This document shows, piece by piece, positions 19,521 to 27,804 of a stretch of 56,307 bases of DNA. Position 1 is the first letter of the stretch; every line of letters starts with the position of its first letter. The stretch is from the NCBI GenBank assembly GCA_964529035.1, contig CAZGUG010000003.1, positions 1 through 56,307 of the forward strand. Reading direction: 5' to 3'. The translations under genes were made by a program, and so were the position numbers. This DNA is from an uncultured Clostridium sp. (GTDB lineage Bacteria > Bacillota > Clostridia > Ch29). The notes beneath the pieces were generated by a model that searched no databases, was not told the origin of the DNA, and saw only the letters and a program-made list of their open reading frames with translations.

Positions 19521-19595
19521 TATATAAAGGCGAAGTGGATTTTCAATCGGGTTGTGGATGAAATGCACTAAAACAAAATTCAAAGAGGTGATAGT

Positions 19596-20378
19596 TTGAG
19601 AAAAAGAATCTTTATTATGATGTTGATTGTAACTCTTATGTCGATCGTATTGTTTACGCAAAGCGTCCTCGGAGCAAACTATTATTCTGTCAACGGGCAA
19701 CAGGTAAAAAATACGGGTACATATGTAAAATACTATTCACTGAACAAAACAAAGGTATATACAGAAACCGGAACACAAAAAATTACATATGTATATCCTA
19801 CCGCTTCCCAGGGTGCAAACTATATCAGGGTATTTCCCAGCAGAGGAACCATAGACCGCGCACCTGCACCCACAGAACCAAAACCCGAGCCGCAGCCACC
19901 GGAACAACAACCCGAACCACAGCCGCCGGTACAGCCGGAACCCGAACCACAGCCGCCGGTACAGCCGGAACCCGAACCACAGCCGCCCCAGAATCCGGGA
20001 GGCTACCAGTTAACCTCCGACGAGCAAAAGTTAATAAACCTCATCAACGGCGAGAGAACAAAGATGGGCCTGAACCCGCTGAAAGTGGATTACGAGCTTT
20101 CCAGGGTTGCCCGGATTAAGTCTGAGGATATGAGAACAAACAACTATTTTTCTCACACATCCCCGACTTACGGTTCACCCTTCCAGATGATGAAGGACTT
20201 TGGTATAAATTATAGGGGTGCCGGGGAAAACATCGCACGAACTTCAAGCGTTGACAGGGCCCATACAGGCTTTATGAATTCGGAAGGCCACAGAAACAAT
20301 ATTCTTAACGCCAACTTCACCCATATAGGGGTTGGTATTTCAGGCAACTACTACACGGAAATGTTCATAAGCAAATAA
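19596..20378 (+). CDS. Secreted CAP/SCP-domain protein (YkwD-like) with Pro/Glu/Gln linker
   Basis: Signal peptide, PEPQPP repeats, then NYFSHTSPTYGSPF, AGENIA and MNSEGHRNNIL CAP motifs; RBS AGAGGTG with TTG start. Confidence 0.92.
   Translation: MRKRIFIMMLIVTLMSIVLFTQSVLGANYYSVNGQQVKNTGTYVKYYSLNKTKVYTETGTQKITYVYPTASQGANYIRVFPSRGTIDRAPAPTEPKPEPQPPEQQPEPQPPVQPEPEPQPPVQPEPEPQPPQNPGGYQLTSDEQKLINLINGERTKMGLNPLKVDYELSRVARIKSEDMRTNNYFSHTSPTYGSPFQMMKDFGINYRGAGENIARTSSVDRAHTGFMNSEGHRNNILNANFTHIGVGISGNYYTEMFISK
19911..19987 (+). repeat. In-frame 30-bp tandem repeat (~2.6 copies)
   Basis: Unit CCCGAACCACAGCCGCCGGTACAGCCGGAA (PEPQPPVQPE) identical at 19911 and 19941, partial at 19971. Confidence 0.95.
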
Positions 20379-20417
20379 ACGGACAGGTAACATGCCTGTC
20401 TACATATCAATAAGTTT

Positions 20418-20456
20418 AAAGGGCTGTGTTGCGGGTAAACACAGCCCTTTATTTTT
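20418..20456. terminator. Bidirectional terminator between convergent CAP and DUF3343 genes
   Basis: AAAGGGCTGTGTT/AACACAGCCCTTT 13-bp stem with flanking A/T runs. Confidence 0.8.
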
Positions 20457-20469
20457 GCTTCCATACCCT

Positions 20470-20736
20470 TTATAAAACCTTTTTATAGTCTGTGAACTGT
20501 CCCACCCGGACTGCTTTATATACGCCCTTTATCGACGCTCTGCATCCCATAATCTGGTCCCGGATGTCTTTTATTTCTATCAAATCACCCCATGCAGCCA
20601 GCGAATAATTGCAGCTTTTGCCCAGTCTTCCCGGAGTTGGTACAAGTTCAACCTTAAAGCCCCTTTCCTTAAGCCTGGCTTCTACGAAAATAGCCTGATT
20701 TCTCGAATTGAACACGAAATAATACCCGGCCGTCAT
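20470..20736 (-). CDS. DUF3343-like small protein
   Basis: YYFVFNSRNQAIFVE...LVPTPGRLGKSCNYSL pattern; ATG 20736 preferred as start. Confidence 0.7.
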   Translation of the reverse strand: MTAGYYFVFNSRNQAIFVEARLKERGFKVELVPTPGRLGKSCNYSLAAWGDLIEIKDIRDQIMGCRASIKGVYKAVRVGQFTDYKKVL

Positions 20737-20814
20737 CTCCCAAACACCCCTCACTGTTTTATTCAATATATTACTGGCAGCTGTGTTTTGGGGTGACTTC
20801 ATCTTATGATTTTT

Positions 20815-21849
20815 TTACCCGTTCAAAACCAGGCTTACTGTTTGAACTGTCCTTTTTACATCTTCTTCGGTTATATAATAATGGACTGCAAACCGCACCA
20901 CCGGCGAAGGTGTCCCGTTTATCAGTATTCCGTACGGTTTAAGCCCTTCGGCAATTTGTATTCCGTTAAGGCCGGCTGCGCTAAAGTCCACCATTATCAG
21001 GTTTGTCTGGACCTTGTCAATATCAACCGAAACCCCATCCAGCGAATTAAGGCCCCTTGCAAGAAACATCGCGTTTTCATGGTCTTCCCCAAGCCTTTTG
21101 CTCATCTTTTCCATGGCTATTATTCCGGCTGCGGCAACGATACCCGCCTGTCTCATACCGCCTCCCAGCATTTTTCTGTATTTTCTTGCTCTTTCTATGA
21201 ATTCTCCGCCGCCTGCCAGCACCGATCCTATAGGAGCGCACAGTCCCTTGGACAGGCAGACATTAACCGAATCGCAGTACCGTGCAATCTCCTCCGCCTT
21301 CACATTGAGGTAGGCGGCAGCATTGTATATGCGGGCGCCGTCAAGGTGCACCGGTATGTTATGCTTTTGTCCCACCCGGTGAATTTTTTCCATCGCTTCA
21401 ATGGGTACCACCCTTCCCCCGGCCTTATTGTGGGTGTTTTCAACGCATATCAGCTTTGTTTCGGGAAAATGTATATTTTCTGTGCGGATTTTCTCTTCCA
21501 CTGCCCGATCATCCATTACCCCGTCTGTTTCGGTAACCAGGGCAGTCTGTACTCCGGCCAGGTACGCTATTCCACCCACTTCATTGACATAAATATGGCT
21601 GTTTTCACCAAGTATTATCTCGTCGCCCCTTTTTGTATGTGTCATCACCGCAACCTGGTTTGCCATTGTACCGCTGGCGACAAACAGCGCCGCTTCCTTA
21701 CCCATCTCGCTGGCTGCCAGTTCCTCCAGCCTGTTTACGGTAGGGTCATCCCTGTATACATCATCGCCTACTTCGGCTCTGTACATGGCCTGCCGCATTT
21801 CATCGGTGGGTTTTGTTACCGTATCACTTCTAAGATCAATTACTCCCAT
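20815..21849 (-). CDS. ltaE: Low-specificity L-threonine aldolase
   Basis: IDLRSDTVT, GDDVY, ENTHN, HLDGAR, CLSKGL (PLP Lys) and LGGGMRQAG motifs. Confidence 0.96.
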   Translation of the reverse strand: MGVIDLRSDTVTKPTDEMRQAMYRAEVGDDVYRDDPTVNRLEELAASEMGKEAALFVASGTMANQVAVMTHTKRGDEIILGENSHIYVNEVGGIAYLAGVQTALVTETDGVMDDRAVEEKIRTENIHFPETKLICVENTHNKAGGRVVPIEAMEKIHRVGQKHNIPVHLDGARIYNAAAYLNVKAEEIARYCDSVNVCLSKGLCAPIGSVLAGGGEFIERARKYRKMLGGGMRQAGIVAAAGIIAMEKMSKRLGEDHENAMFLARGLNSLDGVSVDIDKVQTNLIMVDFSAAGLNGIQIAEGLKPYGILINGTPSPVVRFAVHYYITEEDVKRTVQTVSLVLNG

Positions 21850-21850
21850 T

Positions 21851-21985
21851 CTATTTCCTCCTTTTAGTGGAATGTCCCCGATTTGTACTGCCCGGTTTCA
21901 AAGTAGAAATTCTACACAGAAACAAAAAAACCTTCCCCTTAAGGAAAGGCTTAAATCCAAACTGATTCCGCGCGCTTATGTTCAC
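21851..21985 (-). pseudogene. 44-codon leader ORF whose first 9 residues resemble a Mop/TOBE N-terminus; relic or regulatory leader
   Basis: RBS AAAGAGGTG, 5 nt, GTG; reads MNISARNQFGFKPFLKGKVFLFLCRISTLKPGSTNRGHSTKRRK*; stop ends 1 nt before the ltaE ATG. Confidence 0.5.
21920..21952 (-). terminator. Intrinsic terminator inside the ltaE leader
   Basis: CCTTTCC-TTAAG-GGGAAGG stem followed by TTTTTTT on the minus strand. Confidence 0.7.
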
Positions 21986-22063
21986 AATATCACCTCTTTT
22001 TTAAATATCACGGACTTATTATATGTAACAGAGCCGAATATTAAGCATTTGCTTGATGAAAGA

Positions 22064-23035
22064 CTAAACATATTTTTGAGTTCTGCTGCTCCATTTGCCG
22101 CACCTGTCGCCCCAACAGGCTATTCCCACGCCGTCTTTAACTATCTCGACAATTTCGCACATGTTGGCGCAGCCCCTGCAGTCTATAGGCCGGACATCGA
22201 AACTGCATTCGGATACATCCAGTCCCCTGAAACCGGTACAACCCTTTTTTTGGGAATTGTCCTTCGCTATTAACGCCGCACCAATGGCTCCCATGACATC
22301 GTAGTGGGGCGGGATTTCTATCTCCATGTCCAATTCCCTTCTGAAGGCTTCCCTTATACCCCTGTTGGCCGCAACGCCTCCCTGGAACAACACGGGGGGG
22401 ATTATATCCTTACCCTTTCCCAGGTTGTTAAGATAGTTACGCACAAGGGCCCGGCACAGTCCATATACTATATCCTCGGTCCTGTGCCCCAACTGCTGTT
22501 TATGTATCATATCCGACTCGGCAAATACCGCGCACCGTCCCGCTACCCTTACCTCTGCCCTGGACTTAAGGGCCAGGTCTCCGAATTCCTCTATGGGTAT
22601 ATCAAGCCTTGCCGCCTGCCTGTCCAAAAAAGACCCGGTGCCCGCAGCACAAACGGTATTCATTGCGAAATCCGTAACGATACCGTCCCTTAACAAAATT
22701 ATTTTCGAATCCTGGCCGCCAATCTCCAATATGGTGTTTACCGCCGGGTTTACGCTTAATCCCGCTACCGCATGGGTGGTTATTTCGTTTTTGACCACGT
22801 CGGCACCCACCATGACACCGGCAAGCTTTCTTCCGCTGCCGGTGGTGCCGGCACCGTAAATCGCTATATCCCCCATTCTGTCCTTCAATGCCTTAAGCCC
22901 TTCCTGCACCACCCTTATCGGCTGTCCCATGGTACGCAGATAATCCCTGTATACCAGATTGACATTCCCATCCAGCAGTACGAGGTTAGTACTTACCGAG
23001 CCCACATCAATTCCCAGATAATAACCCTTCCCCAT
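22064..23035 (-). CDS. CoA-substrate-specific enzyme activase (BadF/BadG/BcrA/BcrD ASKHA ATPase, Fe-S)
   Basis: LGIDVGSVST, TTGSGR, EIGGQDSK, MNTVCAAGTGSFLD, RCAVFAESD and FQGGVAAN motifs; Cys-rich tail CRGCANMC...C...C. Confidence 0.9.
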   Translation of the reverse strand: MGKGYYLGIDVGSVSTNLVLLDGNVNLVYRDYLRTMGQPIRVVQEGLKALKDRMGDIAIYGAGTTGSGRKLAGVMVGADVVKNEITTHAVAGLSVNPAVNTILEIGGQDSKIILLRDGIVTDFAMNTVCAAGTGSFLDRQAARLDIPIEEFGDLALKSRAEVRVAGRCAVFAESDMIHKQQLGHRTEDIVYGLCRALVRNYLNNLGKGKDIIPPVLFQGGVAANRGIREAFRRELDMEIEIPPHYDVMGAIGAALIAKDNSQKKGCTGFRGLDVSECSFDVRPIDCRGCANMCEIVEIVKDGVGIACWGDRCGKWSSRTQKYV

Positions 23036-24122
23036 CTAAATTTTCCAACTCCTTTTTCCTTCTTATTAAGTCCACAAATGCTTCCAACCTTGTCATGTAT
23101 CCTGCTTCCCCGGTCATTTCATCCAGTACAAGGGTCATGACCGGGATTCCTTTGTTCCGGCTTACTGTCGGCAGGACACTTCTGGCCACTATCTCAGGCA
23201 TACAGGTAAAGGGCAGCAGGTGTATCACACCGTCATAACCCTTTTTGTTATATATAACGGTGTTGGCAACACTTTCCTGGCCGTGCCCCCCGACAAAACT
23301 TCTTAGATACGGGTGGGAAGCTTCTTTGATTTCCTGCTTGTTATGTAAATGCAAAGCCTCCTTGATAAGGTGATTTACCACCCAATAGCTTACCGTAATT
23401 GATTTTTCAACTTCCACCTCAAGGCTGCCCAGCTTTTCTGCGATACCAATATTTACAAAGGGCTCGATAACAGTGTAAATTTCTCCGACGATCCCAATTC
23501 GCAATACCTCTTTTTCGTTTTGTGTTTTCACATGCTCCATTTTGTTTTTGTATCTTTCAATCAATACGGCCAACTGCTTTGAACCCCTTGTATTGATCGC
23601 CTCTTCGTGAAACCTTTGCATAAGGCGTGTCACCGTACCCTTTTTTGTCTCCCGCGGTCTTGTTTGCCAGCAAAGTTTTTCGAGCTCATCCATCATTATG
23701 GACAGGCGCGTTGCCCTCTTAATTGAAGCAAGTACCTGAAAAACGCTTTTGCCGCCTGTTATCATGGATATTTTTTTCACAAAATCCCTTGCGTTACCCT
23801 GGGGTCTTTCCAGAACAATCATTTTAAAATCGTATCCAAGGTCTTCAAGTATTTCTCTCTGCACTTCCGCATAATATCCAAACCGGCAGGGGCCGCAGCC
23901 CCCTGCCATTACTATTACCTCAGCGCCCTTCTCCAGGCTTTCGATGTAATTTCCGATATTCAGTTTGAGCGGCAGGCACGCCAGTTCGGGAGAATGCTTT
24001 GTTCCAAGTTCCAGTGTCTTTTTGGTACAGGGCGGAGGTACCAGTACCTCCACCCCCAGGTCCTCCAGTACCGATTTCATTGCAATATATGCATTGCCCA
24101 TATGCGGGAATGTAACTAACAC
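23007..24122 (-). CDS. 2-hydroxyacyl-CoA dehydratase-related / DUF2229-type subunit
   Basis: VTFPHMG, PELACLPLK, GPCRFGYY, IGIVGEIY, PFTCMPE and DEMTGEAGYMTRLEAF motifs. Confidence 0.75.
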   Translation of the reverse strand: MLVTFPHMGNAYIAMKSVLEDLGVEVLVPPPCTKKTLELGTKHSPELACLPLKLNIGNYIESLEKGAEVIVMAGGCGPCRFGYYAEVQREILEDLGYDFKMIVLERPQGNARDFVKKISMITGGKSVFQVLASIKRATRLSIMMDELEKLCWQTRPRETKKGTVTRLMQRFHEEAINTRGSKQLAVLIERYKNKMEHVKTQNEKEVLRIGIVGEIYTVIEPFVNIGIAEKLGSLEVEVEKSITVSYWVVNHLIKEALHLHNKQEIKEASHPYLRSFVGGHGQESVANTVIYNKKGYDGVIHLLPFTCMPEIVARSVLPTVSRNKGIPVMTLVLDEMTGEAGYMTRLEAFVDLIRRKKELENLDGEGLLSGN

Positions 24123-25078
24123 TTAGCGGCCCCCTTCCATTCCAGCATGTCGATGAAAGCTTCCAGCCTTGTATCTATCCCCGCTTCGCCGGTATGCTCA
24201 TCTATTGTAAGCAGGCAAAAAGGAATTTTCTTTTTTCGTATTCTGCGCTCCACCAGGTCGCCTACCAGTGCATCCAGCCCGCAGCCAAAGGCCACAAGAT
24301 AAATTATCCCCCTTGCATGCCTTTCTTCAATAAGATACTGGGATGCCGCCATAATCTTTTTGCCAAAGCTCCAAAACATGGGTTTTGTAAAGTCCCGGGC
24401 TATCCTGTCCAATTCGCCGGCACACACCATGTCCTGGGTCAGTACCTTTATCCTTCTGTTCCTTAGCTTGTCTATTATCCCCATACTCACATAGTTGTCG
24501 TAAATATTATAGGGATGTCCTATAAGTCCTACTGTATAGCAATAATCATCCTCGGTACAAATTTCTCTATTCATGGCTTCAAGGGGCGTAGCTCCCTTTT
24601 CCATTAAACCTTCATAACATTTCAGCCGGGCCACAGAACTTCTGAACGCCCTGTAAATCTTACCGTAATCGCGGGTGAAATGCCGGCCCACCTGAAGCAC
24701 TGCGTTTCTCAATGAAGAGTAACCGTTCCTTAAGTTTATGGTACAGTCTATCACCGGCGGCAGCCCTTTGACAGAGTTCAGCACCATATCCGGCAGGCCG
24801 CAGAATTTAGGGCATATATATTCATTTTTTTCAACGCTTATCAACCTGGGTATGAAAAGAAAGTCCACCCTGTCCCTCAAATCAACTATATGTCCATGGA
24901 ACACCTTCATGGGCAGACATGCGTCATCCACACAGCAGTTAACACCATCGTCCAGTATTTTCTTGTTTGTCAGGTTTGACAATACCACGCTGGCTCCCAG
25001 TTCTTCGAAAAAAGTATTCCACATGGGAAAATAGTTATAGTAAAGCAGCGCCCTGGGTATACCCACCTTTACTTTCAT
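24116..25078 (-). CDS. 2-hydroxyacyl-CoA dehydratase-related / DUF2229-type subunit
   Basis: VGIPRALLYY, ACLPMKVFHGH, YICPKFCGLPD, GHPYN, FGCGLD and DEHTGEAGIDTRLEAF motifs. Confidence 0.75.
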   Translation of the reverse strand: MKVKVGIPRALLYYNYFPMWNTFFEELGASVVLSNLTNKKILDDGVNCCVDDACLPMKVFHGHIVDLRDRVDFLFIPRLISVEKNEYICPKFCGLPDMVLNSVKGLPPVIDCTINLRNGYSSLRNAVLQVGRHFTRDYGKIYRAFRSSVARLKCYEGLMEKGATPLEAMNREICTEDDYCYTVGLIGHPYNIYDNYVSMGIIDKLRNRRIKVLTQDMVCAGELDRIARDFTKPMFWSFGKKIMAASQYLIEERHARGIIYLVAFGCGLDALVGDLVERRIRKKKIPFCLLTIDEHTGEAGIDTRLEAFIDMLEWKGAAKC

Positions 25079-25123
25079 TACACCATTCCTTTCACAGCTG
25101 TCTCAATAGTAACGTTCAGCAAT

Positions 25124-25153
25124 TATTTTTGCCATACTGAACCCTTTCTAAAC
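25124..25153 (-). promoter_or_regulatory. sigmaF-type promoter for the three-gene activase operon
   Basis: GTTTA-15 nt-GGCAAAAATA matches GYWTA-N15-GGnnAnAnTW. Confidence 0.55.
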
Positions 25154-25232
25154 AGCAATAAACAGGTCTGGTAAACTTACATTTAATTTTACTATGTACA
25201 TTTTGACAATAATAATATATACTACTAGAAAA

Positions 25233-25338
25233 GCCCTTATTTTTATGAAGTCCTGATTATATATTCCTTCTCGCTGCCTGTTGTCACCCGGAAAGTAATC
25301 GGAACCCTTCAAAGATAATGGGCAAAGCCAAGAGGAGG
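25233..25338 (+). promoter_or_regulatory. Structured 5' leader (long hairpin plus anti-SD) of the zinc-ribbon gene
   Basis: GCCCTTATTTTTATGAAG pairs with CTTCAAAGATAATGGGC; TCCTGATTAT pairs with GTAATCGGA; internal CCTTCTC is complementary to RBS GAGGAGG. Confidence 0.55.
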
Positions 25339-25345
25339 TTTTTTT

Positions 25346-25630
25346 ATGTATCAGGATAAGACTTTGAATTGTAAGGAATGCGGAAGAGATTTTGTTTTTT
25401 CTGCTTCTGAACAGGAATTTTATGCCGAAAAGGGATTCGAAAACGAGCCGGCCAGATGCCCGGAATGCCGCACCGCCAGAAAGGCCTTTCGCAGAGGAGG
25501 ACGCGGTACTAAACGGATGTACGAGGCGGTATGCGCAGAATGCGGTCAGACTGCCCATGTGCCCTTTAAACCCACCGATGACAGGCCGGTGTATTGTAAA
25601 GACTGCTATTCAAAAAGAAACGGTTATTGA
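25346..25630 (+). CDS. Zinc-ribbon protein (zf-trcl plus CxxC-x17-CxxC domain)
   Basis: CKEC...EQEFYAEKGF..EP.RCPECR and AVCAECG...VPFKP...RPVYCKDCY. Confidence 0.9.
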   Translation: MYQDKTLNCKECGRDFVFSASEQEFYAEKGFENEPARCPECRTARKAFRRGGRGTKRMYEAVCAECGQTAHVPFKPTDDRPVYCKDCYSKRNGY

Positions 25631-25639
25631 TTTCAGTTA

Positions 25640-25662
25640 AAAACCCGTCCTGCGGGTTTTTT
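25640..25662 (+). terminator. Intrinsic terminator after the zinc-ribbon gene
   Basis: AAAACCCG-TCCTG-CGGGTTTT followed by TT. Confidence 0.75.
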
Positions 25663-25741
25663 ATATTATTTGACTGCTTATTTTAATTTCGTAACGGAAT
25701 TATATAATTTAGTGCAGTAATACTGTCAGGAGCTGTTTGCT

Positions 25742-26419
25742 ATGAATAAACTAATTAAAGCTCTGGGTACAAGTAGGCTTTTTGTAGGATACGATGAAAC
25801 GGAAATCTCGGACATGCTGCTTCATACCCGTTACAAATCGGCTTCCTATTCAAAGAACCGGATAATTGCACTGGAAGGGGACCGTGCTTCAAGCGTGGGT
25901 ATTGTGCTGGAAGGGGCTGTAGAAATTCAGAAAACCTACCCCTCAGGCAGAAGTATTACCATCAGCCGCCTGTTCAAGGGGGACATATTCGGAGAGGCAA
26001 TTATTTTCTCCAGTTCAAAGTGCTATCCGGCCACCATAATATCAGTGGACTTCTCCAGAGTATTCTTTCTGTCGGAGGCGGATATTCTGAGGCTTTGCAG
26101 TACAAGCTCCCTGTTTCTCAACAATTTCATGAAAATACTATCCAATAAAATACTTATGCTTAACGAGAGACTGAAACACCTATCCTATCAGACCATAAGG
26201 GAAAAAATATCCAGTTATCTCACCGAGGAATACAAATTACAGGGAAGCAGGAAAATAGAAGTCCCCATCACCAGAAGTAAAATGGCTGAGCAGTTCGGAA
26301 TCGCAAGACCCTCGCTGTCCCGGGAACTTATTTCAATGAAAAAGGACGGGCTAATAGATTTTGACAAAAGCAGCATTACCATAAAGGACCTTAAATCCCT
26401 GGAGGATATACTGTTCTGA
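25742..26419 (+). CDS. Crp/Fnr-family transcriptional regulator (HcpR-like)
   Basis: cNMP-binding-like domain (GDIFGEA, YPAT) and C-terminal HTH (TIREKI...ARPSLSREL). Confidence 0.88.
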   Translation: MNKLIKALGTSRLFVGYDETEISDMLLHTRYKSASYSKNRIIALEGDRASSVGIVLEGAVEIQKTYPSGRSITISRLFKGDIFGEAIIFSSSKCYPATIISVDFSRVFFLSEADILRLCSTSSLFLNNFMKILSNKILMLNERLKHLSYQTIREKISSYLTEEYKLQGSRKIEVPITRSKMAEQFGIARPSLSRELISMKKDGLIDFDKSSITIKDLKSLEDILF

Positions 26420-26449
26420 CACGGGACGGTGTCAGACCCGCCCTATTTA

Positions 26450-27784
26450 TTACAGCCCAATAATAACAGCTGCCACTGAGAAATACGTAATAAGGCTCAC
26501 CGCATCAACTGTAGTGGTAATTACGGGGCTCGCCATAATTGCGGGATCAATCCGAAGCTTCTTTGCTATGAGGGGCAGAAATCCCCCCACCAGTTTCGCT
26601 GATACAATAGTGATAACGAGTGTAACCGACACCGTAACCGAAACCACCATGTCCGCCCTTTCAATATACAGGATCCGCAGGAAATTTACCGTTCCGAGAA
26701 CAAGACCCACTATAATACTGACCCTAATTTCCTTCCACAATACCTTTGGCGTATCCTTTAGCCGTATTTCTCCCAGTGCAATACTGCGTATTATAAGCGT
26801 AGACGATTGCGAACCCGCATTTCCGCCGGTATCCATCAGCATTGGTATAAAGGATGCAAGTATTACCATTGTATGGAGCATATCCTCATACCGCCTTATT
26901 ATGCTGCCGGATATGGTGGCGGATACCATCAGCACCAACAACCACAGTATCCTCCTTCGTGCCAGGTCAAAAACACTCGCTGCCAGGTATCTCTCATCCG
27001 ACGGCTGGATTGCCGCCATCCTGTGAAAATCTTCTGTATTTTCATCGTCTATTACGTCCACAATATCGTCTATCGTAATAATGCCCACCAGCCTGTTTTC
27101 CCGGTCGGTCACCGGAACCGCCAGCAGATCGTACTTTTTGAAAATACCCGCAACTTCTTCCCGGTCACTTCCGGTATTCACGCTGATGAAATTGGTTTTC
27201 ATAACATCCTCAACGCTGCTCACCGGGTTTGCCAGCACCAAATCCTTCAGTGAAATTATACCCTTCAGCACCCTGGAACCGTCAACAACGTAGCAGGTAT
27301 AAACAGTCTCCTTATCCGGCGCTGTCTGGCGGACATGTTCCAGAGCAGCCCCTATGGTCATTTCCGCCTTAAGGTCCACATATTCAATCGTCATAATACT
27401 GCCCGCCGAATAATCCGGATAGTTTAAAAATTCGTTGATGAGGCCCCTTTTGACATCGCTTGTATTCTTCAAAAACCTTTTAACCGCATTGGCAGGCATC
27501 TCTTCCAGGCAGTCTATCATATCGTCAAAATGCAGCTGGCCGATAATTGCCTCCAGCTCGCTCTCCCTTACAAGTACAGATAATTCGGACTGTTTTTCCC
27601 TGGTCATGTAAGAAAACACCTCGGCGGCCACTCCCTTAGGGAGCAGGCGAAATACCAAAAGAGCGGTTTTGTCATTCATACCGTCTATCATCTCGGCTAT
27701 ATCGGCCGCCTGCATTTTTTCCAGTTCCTTTTTTGCAGCGTGTATTCTCTTGTTTTCTACTAACTGCCGGATATTTTTGTTCAT
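26450..27784 (-). CDS. mgtE: Magnesium transporter MgtE
   Basis: SAGSIMT, CBS pair, PMLMDTGGNAGSQS, DPAIMASPVITT and DAVSL motifs. Confidence 0.96.
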   Translation of the reverse strand: MNKNIRQLVENKRIHAAKKELEKMQAADIAEMIDGMNDKTALLVFRLLPKGVAAEVFSYMTREKQSELSVLVRESELEAIIGQLHFDDMIDCLEEMPANAVKRFLKNTSDVKRGLINEFLNYPDYSAGSIMTIEYVDLKAEMTIGAALEHVRQTAPDKETVYTCYVVDGSRVLKGIISLKDLVLANPVSSVEDVMKTNFISVNTGSDREEVAGIFKKYDLLAVPVTDRENRLVGIITIDDIVDVIDDENTEDFHRMAAIQPSDERYLAASVFDLARRRILWLLVLMVSATISGSIIRRYEDMLHTMVILASFIPMLMDTGGNAGSQSSTLIIRSIALGEIRLKDTPKVLWKEIRVSIIVGLVLGTVNFLRILYIERADMVVSVTVSVTLVITIVSAKLVGGFLPLIAKKLRIDPAIMASPVITTTVDAVSLITYFSVAAVIIGL

Positions 27785-27804
27785 TTTCTCCCATTCCCCG
27801 GACT

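Noticed and set aside
20806-21867. 353-aa plus-strand ORF covering all of ltaE (also long antisense ORFs at 10111-10971, 47544-48515, 54893-55912)
   Set aside because: These are shadows of well-conserved minus-strand genes, with no recognisable motifs or convincing RBS.
25148-25558. 136-aa minus-strand ORF
   Set aside because: Antisense to the zinc-ribbon gene and its leader; no protein-like motifs.
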